A DNA stretch of 64,000 nt from Vicugna vicugna (Eukaryota). A program made the position numbers and the translations under genes. Position 1 is the first letter of the stretch, and every line of letters starts with the position of its first letter. The DNA is taken from positions 5,661,067 to 5,725,066 of the forward strand of contig MU059758.1 in assembly GCA_013265495.1 (NCBI GenBank), read 5' to 3'. This document shows positions 1 through 10,260 of this stretch, piece after piece. The notes beneath the pieces were generated by a model, which was not told where the DNA came from, ran no database searches, and was given only the letters and a program-made list of their open reading frames with translations.

Positions 1-1331
1 CCTGGGAGGAAGAAAGCCTTTCAAAAGAGGCTTGTTGAAATCTCTCAAAGTGTTTTTGGACATTAAGAAAACAAGAGCCGGTTGTATTAAGGGCCAATGT
101 AGTGGAAACGGGTTATATTTCACCTAAAGTACACATGAATCTGAAAGTCCAGGAAGGGAGAGATTTGGTTTTGCTGAACTCACATAGTTGAAAAATAGTT
201 GGTGACATTTGACAAAATCAAGATGTTACCATATTTGTCAACTTCCCCTTGAAATGAACTCTTACCTGCCTAAAACAAGGGGCCTTGTCCTTTAAATTAC
301 TTCACGGTCCTGGGTCACTGTAATTTATGGAAACATGGTAGGTGTTAGGGCAACACAAATTTACCAGTAAGACTCTCCAGACACACAGGGAGGGACTCAA
401 TATTAACTGATTCTTTGAGGATCCGCTGGTGCTACAGTGAAGACATTTTAACAGAGGCACAAAGACTGACCCTCGAGGAGTCGTCGAGGTTAAGGGTGGT
501 GAAAAGAGGTTAGCAACCCTTAGAGGCTGGAATCCTACCATCAGGCGGGGAGCCATGGGCTTAGGTTCTAAGGAGGAGGCAGGGGAGGGCCAAGAAAGGC
601 TGCGGGAGGAGGAAGCAAGTGGGAGAGCTGGAGAGGAGGAGGGGCTGGGAGAGAGGGAGGGAGCTAGAAAAGAAAGAAATGAAAGATGTGCAAGCAGGAG
701 GAAGGGGGTCAGAGCCCTCTCTTCCTGATTTAAAGATGCCCAGAAAATACAGAACTGGTGAAAATGCTACAAACTCTCCAACAGTTACCTTGGCAAGCAG
801 ATAGGGCTGCTCCTCCAAGAAAAAGTCAAAGAGAGAAAGTAGGTAACAAAACCTTCCTTCAGAAGCAAACAGAGAGGAGCTGAGCCAAGCGGCCCCTTCC
901 CCGCCACGCACACGTATTTCCTTACACGTGGGTTTTGTACTGTCTCGGAAACAAAGATGGCAGCTGTGGAAGAGGTGATACCTGCTGTGACACCTGCATT
1001 CTTAAAATGTACAGTTTTTGCCCTGTTTTTCCATCATCAGGGACAATCAAGAGGAAAAAGGCCTCCCAAATTACCCTTCTATTTTGGGAGGAATCAGAGA
1101 GGGCTTTGAGCAAGGAGTCAAAATCTGTCTTCTATCGTGAAGATATTTATTGATTTTAAAACAGTTAAGGTGTGCAGGAAGTAGGAAAAGATCAGATAAA
1201 AGNNNNNNNNNNNNNNNNNNNNNNNNNNNNNNNNNNNNNNNNNNNNNNNNNNNNNNNNNNNNNNNNNNNNNNNNNNNNNNNNNNNNNNNNNNNNNNNNNN
1301 NNNNNNNNNNNNNNNNNNNNNNNNNNNNNNN

Positions 1332-3720
1332 AACAGAAACATGCAACACTTGTCTTTCCATGACTGGCTTATTTCACTTAGCAGAATGCCCACGAGGCTC
1401 ATCTACAATGTCTCATACTGCAAGACTTCCTTGTTTTTTTAAGGCTTAATAGCATTCCACTGTGTACGTGTATCACATTTCCTTTACCCATTCCTCTATT
1501 GGTGGACATTTAGTGACTGTGAATAGCACTGCAATGAACATGGGGGAGCTGATGTTTGAGATCCCGATTTCAATTCTTTGGATAAATAAANNNNNNNNNN
1601 NNNNNNNNNNNNNNNNNNNNNNNNNNNNNNNNNNNNNNNNNNNNNNNNNNNNNNNNNNNNNNNNNNNNNNNNNNNNNNNNNNNNNNNNNNNNNNNNNNNN
1701 NNNNNNNNNNNNNNNNNNNNNNCTTGCCGACACTTACTTTTTTTGCTGTTGTTGTCTATAGCCATCCTGACAGATGAAGGTGGTATCTCATTGTGATTTT
1801 GATTTGCATTTCCCTAGTGATTAGTGATGCTGAGCATTCTTATGTACCAGTTGGCTATTTGTATGTCTTCTTCAGAAAAATGTCTATTCAATCCTTAGCC
1901 CATTACTTAAATCAGGTTATTAGCTTTTTAAAAATTGAGTTGTAGGAGTCCTTTATGTATCTTGGATATTAACCTTTATGAGATACCGTTTGTGGATATT
2001 TGCTCCCATTCTTTAGATGGCCTCATCACTCTGCTGACTTCTTCCTTTGCTGTGCAGCAGCTTTTTAATTTGATGTCCTACTTGTTTATTTTTGTTTTTG
2101 TTGCCTATATTTTTGATGTCATAATCATGAAATCATTGCCAAGACCAATGACATGGAGGTTTTTCCTCATGTTTTCTTCTAAATTTTTATGGTTTCAAGT
2201 CTTATAGTTAAGTCTTTAAGCCATTGAGTGTTGATTTCTGTCCAATTTCATTCTTTTGCAGGTGGCTATCCAGTTTTCTCAATACCATTTGTTCAAGACA
2301 CTACCCTTTTCCCCTTGTGTATTCCTGGCACCCTCATCAAAGATGTGTCAACTATATATGCATGGGTTTATTTCCGGGTTCTCTATTCAGTTCCATGGTT
2401 CTATATGTCTGTCTTTATGCCGGTACCATATTGTTTTGGTTACTTTAGATTTATAATATAGTTTGAAATCAGGAGGTGTGATGCTTCTAGCTTTTCTCTT
2501 CTTTTTTCAAACAGAAGAATCAAATAAAAGTTAATAACGTGCATACATGAGAATGACCCAGGAAAACATTAACTCACTAAAAAAGCCAAATTTCACATCT
2601 TAAATACTCTATTCTTTCTCAGTATTGATTTGGCTATTCGTGGTCTTTTGTAGTTCCAGATGAATTTTTGAATTGCTTTTTCTAGTTAAAAAATGCCATT
2701 GTAATTTGGATGGGGATTGCATTAAATCTATAGATTGCTTTGGGTAGTGTGGACATTTAACAATATTAAGTCTTGCAATCCATAAATACATGTTTTTCCA
2801 CTTGTTTGTGTCTTGTATGTTTTTCATCCATGTTTTGTGGCTTTCAGTATACAAGTCTTTCGCCTCTTCAGTTTATTCCTAAATATTTTATTCTTTTTTA
2901 TGCTATTGTAAATGGAATTATTTTCCTAATTTCCTTTCCAGATAGTTCTTTGTTAGTATATAGAAAACCAACTGATCTTTTAATGTTGCTTTTGTATCCT
3001 ACAGCTTTACTGAATTTTCAAATTAATTTCAACAGATTTTTATGGAGTTTTCAGTTTTTTCTCTATATAACATCATGTCATCTGCAAATAGCGGAGTTTT
3101 ACTTCTTCAGTTCTGATTTGGAAGACTTTCATTTCTTTTTNNNNNNNNNNNNNNNNNNNNNNNNNNNNNNNNNNNNNNNNNNNNNNNNNNNNNNNNNNNN
3201 NNNNNNNNNNNNNNNNNNNNNNNNNNNNNNNNNNNNNNNNNNNNNNNNNNNNNNNNNNNNNNNNNNNNNNNNNNNNNNNNNNNNNNNNNNNNNNNNNNGT
3301 TGAGATAATTTCCTTCCAGTTTGTTTCCTTCCTAGTTGAGGATTTTTATCATGAAGAGTGTTGAATTTTGTCAAATGCTTTCTCTGCATCTATTAAAATA
3401 ATCATGTGCTTTTCTTTCTTATTCTGTTAATGTGGCGTATCACATTAACTGATTTTTCTTATATTGGACCATTCTTGTATCCCAGGGATATTACCCCACT
3501 TGGCCATAGTGTATAATCCTTTTTAATGTGCTGTCGGATTAGATTTGCTAGTATTATAATGAGAATTTTTGCATCTATATTCATTAGGGATATTGACCTG
3601 TAGTTTTCATTTCTTGTGGCATCTTCTTCTGGTTTTGGTATCAGGATAACGCTGGCCTCATAAAATGAGTTTGGAAGTATTCCCTCCTCTTCAATTTTTT
3701 TTTGGCAAGAGTTTGAGAAG
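1332..3720 (-). mobile_element. Old L1 (L1MA/L1MB-type) ORF2 and 3' UTR remnant, interrupted by N gaps
   Basis: The minus strand reads as degenerate L1 ORF2 (LLKL..KIEE, ASITLIPKP, KAFDKIQH-type motifs) followed by a typical L1M 3' UTR at 1340-1590. Many stops and frameshifts. Confidence 0.9.
2491..2606. other. About 115 bp non-L1 insert inside the L1, possibly an ERV1 internal fragment
   Basis: The L1 text ...tagct|ctattctttctcag is split by this segment; the uninterrupted form is seen at 14219-14240. The ERV1 resemblance is from memory only. Confidence 0.3.
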
Positions 3721-3938
3721 AACTGATGATATAAAGATCGTAAGTGACTACTGTGAAAAATTACATGCCATCAAATTGGATGACATCAACAATATGGATA
3801 AATTCCTAAAAACGGATGACCTATGAAGGCCAATACACCAAGAAATAAAAAGCCTGAACAGACCTATAACTAGCATAGAATCAAAACTTGAAAGCCTCCC
3901 AAGAAAGACCAGATGGTTTCACTAATGAATTCTATCAA
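3721..3938 (+). mobile_element. Inverted 5' segment of the same L1 (ORF2, ends at PDGFTNEFYQ)
   Basis: The plus strand ends in CCA GAT GGT TTC ACT AAT GAA TTC TAT CAA, the ORF2 part just upstream of where the minus-strand segment begins. Confidence 0.8.
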
Positions 3939-5689
3939 TTAATTCTTTTTTCTAGAACTTTCTCTCTCTCTCTGTAACCTCCAACTGCACCAGCAAATCA
4001 TGGGTGTGTAGTAGAAGGTATCATGACCTTTCCGTCTTTAATCTTTAGTTCTGACCTATTTAAGTAAAGCCAGAAAGAGGATTTTTAATCCTGTGTCATT
4101 AATTCCACATTCTTTATGTGAATAATAACTTTTCTGCTTACTTCTGTCAGTGGGTCTGAAAGGATCATTGACAGTGAACAGCCAAAGAGCAAAATCTTTT
4201 GGCTTAAGGAATTCCGGTCAAGACTCCAAAACTAATGTGCAGATCCGAAAAGACTGTGCACACTGGATAATTATGTCCCCAAGAAAGTCAAACAAACAAA
4301 AGCAAATTAGAAATGTCTGCAGTTTTCCTGTTATCGTGCCCCTCATTTATAAATTGGTGTATTTATGGAAAGTACGCTTTTCTGAGTAAGCTATTTTCAG
4401 TAACATTCCAGAAGCAAGAAACTCAAGGTCTGTTTTGCTTAAATTGAAAAGAAAAATGTAGGAGGGAGGGGGGGAAAGGGGAAAAAGTGGAGCAAACAAT
4501 TGAGCAGAAAGGCTGATGAAAGTAACGTGATTTGATGGGGCTCATATTCTGCTTAAGGTTTTGTCTTTTGGCCAAAGCCTCCAATCCTGGCACGATTTGC
4601 CAGTGCCTTTACAATTTGTGTTGATCAGCCTGGCCTTGGACTCTCTACCAGGGCCACCCACCTGCAGCTGGAGGGCACGTCCTGTGCATGTGGTTCCTGA
4701 GCTTCAACTCGTCCAGCTCAGGGTCTCTCTCCTCACTTCCACTCACAGCCTGAAGCAGTTTGCTTCACCCATTCATAGACTTGCTTGGCTGCTGCAGGCA
4801 TGAGAGTCTGCAATCCCTGGACGCTCTCCTAAAGGTGGTGGACTCAGTAGTGAATTCCTTATGAGGAGCTTCGAAAGGGACCCCAAAACATGGACAGAAA
4901 TCACCTGCCTCCAATATATCCCAGAGCCACCTTGGCACCTACCTGGCAGGCATTCATGTGCACACAGCCTTGATTTTATAACATAAAGTCTTGGTTCACC
5001 TCACCAGGCAGGCCCACCTGCGGGTGACTCCTGGCTGGCTACAGCCTCATGGTGAACATTTCAGATCTTCTGGAGGCTCCTGGGACAAACGGGAATAGTC
5101 CAGTCCTGAGCTAGGTCTTTCCCTGTGGCTCCTGTTGGAACCCCCTACCACAGCTACACACACACCCTGACCCCAACCCTGGTCTCAACTTGCCTGTGTT
5201 GATTTCTCTCCCATGGCCCATGGAGACCTTCCATGACATCCATCCTCCCAGACAAGGGTTGTTTTGAACTCTTATCAAGATGTGAAGTCCAGAGTGGGGA
5301 CCACAGTACCCAAGAGTCAAAAAGTAGCTTATGGAAAAGCAGTAATTCAGAGCTTTGGCCTGTATCCATGACTGGGCGTGGTCTCCAAGCATGAGCTGGC
5401 CCTGCAGCTGGAGAAGGAAGGGTGTGGACTTCTACTCTGCTGCCCGGGTGTTGGCAGATACCTGTGCCTACAGCTCTCACCCATCCCTCAAGGGCTAAGA
5501 CGATGTTTTCTAAAATCCCATACACTGAAAATTTAGTTCTCTTCCTGAGAAAAATACTGGTACCAGCTCTCAAGATGAAAAGGACATTTTTTCCTGATTT
5601 TGAGAGCGATGGCCTACTAATTCCTGAAATTAAAATACCGGTATTCTCACTACCCAGAATTAGCCTTTGTTAGCAATGTGATTACCTCT

Positions 5690-6400
5690 TCCAATCTTTT
5701 TTTCCAACTCAGGTTAGAACTAGATATATGACATGTATTAGAATCATACTATACAGTGTTATGTTTTGGATACTGTCATTCCACTTAACACTTAGTAAAC
5801 TTTTTTTTAAGAATACAAACTTCTATTTTCAAAGTAATAAGTTCAATGGAATGATGGCAAATGAAAAGTAAGGGAGTCTTGCTTCAACTTGAACCCTCCC
5901 CATACACACAGTAGTCCTCCCCAGGGAGATACACCTTTACCTACTGTCCCTCTAAAAAATTAAGAGCACATGTTTATTCCTCTGGTAACTTCTCAGATTT
6001 CGGCTGTATCTATTAACTTCCCATATTGTGGGTAAAGATTTTGGCTCAGTAACACTTCCCCAACTTCTCTGCCCTCTCCATTCTGTAAGCAGTTACTTGA
6101 ATGCTTTTATCCTTACTTTTACAACTTTCAACAATGTGCTTGGACCTCTATTTCGTGTTCTGTTACATTCAGTCATTTCCTCCCAAGTTTTATCCACCAG
6201 GTAAGTGGAGGAAAGCAGTCACCGTCCACCACCTGCACCTGTTTTTGCCCAGCACCCCAGGACGCTTCGGCAATCCCATCACTTTTCCTGGATGGAGTTT
6301 GTAACAGCTACGTTCTCTTCTTCAGCTGTATTGAATGGGTCTGTCCGTACTTGGCCTACAGGTTGACACTAAATACTGAAAACCAGGAAGTTTTATAGTG
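5690..6400 (-). mobile_element. Very old L1ME/HAL1-like remnant
   Basis: AT-rich degenerate similarity to antisense L1ME-type sequence; boundaries approximate. Confidence 0.4.
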
Positions 6401-7451
6401 CTGTAAAGATGAAACATCATGAGTCAGGAGAACAAAGCAGTCAGGCTGGACATGTAAGAAGAAAACACTCACCTATACCACTAAGCCTGTGCCTCTTGGA
6501 GTGAAAAGACCTTGTGTTCTTGGTCTGAGGCCATGGTCCTCACACTGTGGGTGAAGCACCCCGGAGCATCAACACAACTCACAGAGCCTCGGGGATGTTT
6601 CAAAGCCCTGTGGGGAAGACTGCGTCCTGGCATCGGACTCTGTCCCCACCCTCGTCTTAGTGACCATCCCTTCTCATGCCCAGAGGGACTCTGCTTTAGC
6701 AGGCTGCGACATGAGTCAGCGTCTTGGAGAAAAGTGGGTGTGGTGGAAACTGAGATCAAAGACAATTCTTGACTTTTAAGTTCAAAAATGAAAACCAAAC
6801 CAAACTCAACTACCTCCATCCAGTTTTCAGAAAGATAAAAATCTGTGTGCAGCACAATTGGGCAGTACTGGCCCAACTCCTATTCACATGCCCACCCCCC
6901 AACCCCCGCCCCAAGCCTGGATAAAGTGAAGGAAGTGGTGGCAAGGGGCAGACACAAGGAGGTAGGTGCTGGAGTGGTGTCCTCACCTGTCTGTCAAGGG
7001 GACAACTACCCATGGGGCTGCGGTCCAAGTGCTCAGTCCTGAGGGATAACCCAGAAGCGCAAACAGGACCCTAGAGACCCTGCTCACAGAGCCATCCAGG
7101 GCTCCGGATGACAAAGAAATGGGAGAGCTGGTGGCAGGTGGGAATTAGAATTCAGGGTACTCCAACCTGGAATGACTGAGGAACATGCCTTACCTGGAAA
7201 CCACTGCATGATCATCTCTATCATGTGGACTGGGAGCTCAAGTAAGAATTATAAGTCACACGTGAGAAAATAAAAGAAGATACATTTTTCCATGTTTGAG
7301 ATTTTAGCCCCACTGCCAGCTCCATCAATTTATGAACTTTTCCTTTGTAAGAAAGATGTGACCTAAAAATCTTTGAGACCCAATAGATGGATCCCTAGAG
7401 GCTATTTCAGGTATTTATAAAATTTAAATGTCAAGGGAGAGCTAAACTTAC

Positions 7452-7860
7452 TGTAAGCGGTTGAATAGAGTCCTCCCCCCCAAATTCATGTCTACTAGGA
7501 ACCTTAGATTGCCCTTGTTTGCAAATAAGGCCCTTGCATGTGTAATTAGTTAAGGATTTTGAGGTCCTGGATTTAGGATGGGCCCTGAATCCAATGATGG
7601 CATCTTTCTAAGAGAAAAGAGAGAGAGATTTGGATACAGAGAGACACAAGGGAGAAGGCAATGGAGACAAATATTGGGGCTATGCTTCCATGAGCCAAGG
7701 AAAGACGAGATCCTTCCCCAGAGCCTTGGGAAGGAGTACAGCCCCACTGGTACCTTGATTTCGGACTTCTGATTTCCAAAAAACTGTAAGAGAATAAATT
7801 TCTGTTGTTTTAAGCCCATCTGTGGTGATTTGTTACAGAAGCCTTGAGGGGCAAATGTAC
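7452..7860 (+). mobile_element. MaLR solo LTR (MLT1B/C-like)
   Basis: Starts with tgtaagcggttgaatagagtcctccccc and ends with actgtaagagaataaatttctgttgttttaagcc...gtgatttgttacag, both MLT1 hallmarks. Confidence 0.85.
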
Positions 7861-8129
7861 TTATTAAGTGCTGGGTCATACACACATCTGTGGCCTGCTG
7901 GGCATTATTACACAACCACCTGTTTATTCATTCTCTTTTCTGCAAAAATTTCTCGAGTTCCAGGGAAGTCTGGAAGCTCAGGATAGAGAAGAAAGTGGCC
8001 CAGATCAGTCAGTGCCCATCTGCGTGGAGCTCCAAGCTTCCTTAGAGACCTAAATCTCAAGTCACTAAATCCTGTCATCGAAAGGGCCTCCTTCCTAACC
8101 TGTGTGTGGAGACAAAGACAGGGTAGGAA

Positions 8130-8400
8130 GGAGGGAAACCAGGGAAGATGGTGTACCAAAACCAAGTCCAGGGCGTGTTTCCAGTGGAGGGACTGATCAG
8201 GGATCCAGTGATGAGGAGGCTGGAAAATGCCAAGTGAAGGACATGGCAACCCTGACCAAGGAGTCCACAGAAATGGACTCATGAAGGTCTGATTGGACTT
8301 GCAGGTGAGGAGATGACAACTGCAAAGTCAGCCCTTTCGAAGAGTGCTGCTGGGAAGCGGAGCAGAACACTAGAGGAGTAACTGGAGGGGCCTTTTTAGG
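8130..8400 (-). mobile_element. L2 fragment
   Basis: Degenerate match to antisense L2 (gtgtttccagtggaggga...ggacatggcaaccctgaccaag...gtgaggag). Confidence 0.55.
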
Positions 8401-8689
8401 TGAGTTTGTCTGTTTTTCTATTTAAGGATATAAGTATGACAGCAGGATGCTGACGGAAGCAGCCCATGGAAGGGAAGACAAGATGATGCAGGGGGTGGGG
8501 TGGAGGACGCAGGGTGGTCCTGGTCGGTGAGGGCTGCCCTCATCAGGGCAGGGCCTCTCCTGGGGACCAGGGTCAGGATGCAGCCGAGGGGACACGAGGT
8601 GTTTCTCCTCCTGAGAACAAGGAGGGAGAAGGTGTCCTGCTCCCACCTGGGACCCTGGGATCCGCCAAATCACCCCTCCGCGGGGCCAT

Positions 8690-10260
8690 GTGACATGGGG
8701 GTGGGGCCAGCCCTGGAACCGCCCACCGCCCCGCCCCTTCCGGGGGAGGAGTCCCTCTCAGGCCCTCGGGGGCTCCAGCGTAGAGCACGCTGTGTTCCGG
8801 GCTGAGCACGCCCGCCTGCGAGGTCATGCCTCTCTCCTCCCTCCACTGACCCGCAGCCAACCCCCTGGAGGCGCTGAGCTAGGCCAGGCCTCAGGAGCCG
8901 CCCGCCCGGCCGCCACCCAACAGCGCGAACCCACCCTTGTCACCGAAGCCCTGTCAGGGTTCCGGGGAATAAGAATAGAATCTGGGAGAAAAGATAAAGT
9001 CTAACCTGTTTAACCCTGTGTGCTTAGTCTGGTTTCCCAGGCCCACAGTGCAGAGGCCTCACACGGGGAGCTTCAGACCAGAGTTCCCCGCGCCGGATGG
9101 TGGCGCGGACCCCTCGCTGGGCGGACGTGTGCAGAGACGCCGCCGCGACCCCGCGATTCAAGATGGTGGGGTGGGGCCGTGTGCAGAGACGACGTGCAGG
9201 GACTCTCAGTCCGAGGTGGCAGCGGGGGTGGGGGGTGTGTGCAGAGCCCTCACACGCCCCAGCGCCAGATGGCGGCACTGACACCTCGCTGGGCGAGACG
9301 CGTGCTGAGGCGCCGCCGCGACCCCGCGATTCAAGATGGCGGGGGTGGGGCCGTGTGCAGCTCCGCGCCGCGACCCGGGGCGTGTGCAGTCGTAGCCCCG
9401 CGAGAACCGGCTGCTGCGAGAGCCTGTGAGGCAGCCGCCGCGCCCGTCGTGGGAGCGAACTCCTGCCTGCCGGTCTCTGGTCGGAGGAGACAGCCTTCCT
9501 CTGCTGCCGCAGCCAGCTCCAGGTCTGGTGGCGGGAGGGCCCTTGGAGCCACTCGGGACGGAAGACGGAGGGATCCTGAGCACATGCTGGAGGCCCCGGG
9601 GGTCAGCCCGCTCACCTCCGGGCCCCGCTGTGGACATAGGCCCAGCATGTCCGGCGCTTCAGATTCCCCGGAGAATCTGGGAGACTCACTTTTACGAGGT
9701 GGCCTGGCTGTGACAGAAGTGTCCCACGCGCGGTGCAGCAGGGCCGTCTGCAGGCTGGGTCTGGGGGAGCCCCCGCGGGGCCGCTGCCCTGCGTCCTCTC
9801 CTCCTGGCGCCTGATGGGAGACCCCGCCACCCGGACGTCCGCGGGCACGTGGTTGTCAGCAGCCGATTCTGGGGGCAGAGGCCCGGTGCTGACCCAGTTC
9901 TGTGGCGTGGTGAATAGGGAACGGGTTCCTCTTGGGAGGCCCGGGGCGCCCAGCCCACCTCACTCGTCGGATGGGCATCTGCCGGCACCTGCGACTGCTC
10001 CGGAGCAGCGGCGGTCTCCATCACCAGGGCTGTCACCACCCTTCTTCTTGGGTGGGGGTGACGGTCACACCTGGAGGAGGGCCTGACCCTCCCCCCCAGT
10101 GTGGACACGACCCCTCGCTCCCTCATCTGGGCCCCTTTCAAGGCTGGGCCGGAGCTTGGGTCTGTAGGATAGTGGACACCGCAGGCCGAGCAGACCAAGG
10201 CCCAGGAAGCAGGTCTGCTGGTCAGTGAATCCCTGAGACCCAGCCTGGCCCCTGGCGCGA
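8690..10260. promoter_or_regulatory. CpG island, probable promoter of an unidentified locus
   Basis: Very high GC and CpG density against CpG-poor flanks, with GC boxes and a YY1 motif CAAGATGGCGG at 9332-9342. No recognisable coding exon is attached. Confidence 0.85.
9087..9390. repeat. Imperfect GC-rich tandem duplication, period 172-173 bp, with GTGTGCAG-ending subunits
   Basis: 9090-9186 aligns to 9262-9360 with 9 substitutions and 2 one-base indels. The 29-mer cgccgccgcgaccccgcgattcaagatgg is identical at 9138 and 9311. A partial third subunit lies at 9361-9390. Confidence 0.95.

Noticed and set aside
6101-6200. Hydrophobic signal-peptide-like ORF start with a perfect phase-1 donor CAG|GTAAGT
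   Set aside because: It lies in an apparent antisense L1ME/HAL1 relic, has a weak Kozak context, and has no identifiable downstream exon.
9585-9814. MLEAPG start resembling the DUSP12 N-terminus
   Set aside because: Only six residues match. The rest diverges from DUSP12 as I recall it, and no phosphatase exons follow.
9087-9900. Identification of the island as PEG3, GNAS/NESPAS, XIST/TSIX or a metallothionein promoter
   Set aside because: The motif architecture is reminiscent, but no diagnostic exons (PEG3 zinc fingers, XLas ORF, XIST repeat A, MT Cys motifs) were found in the window.
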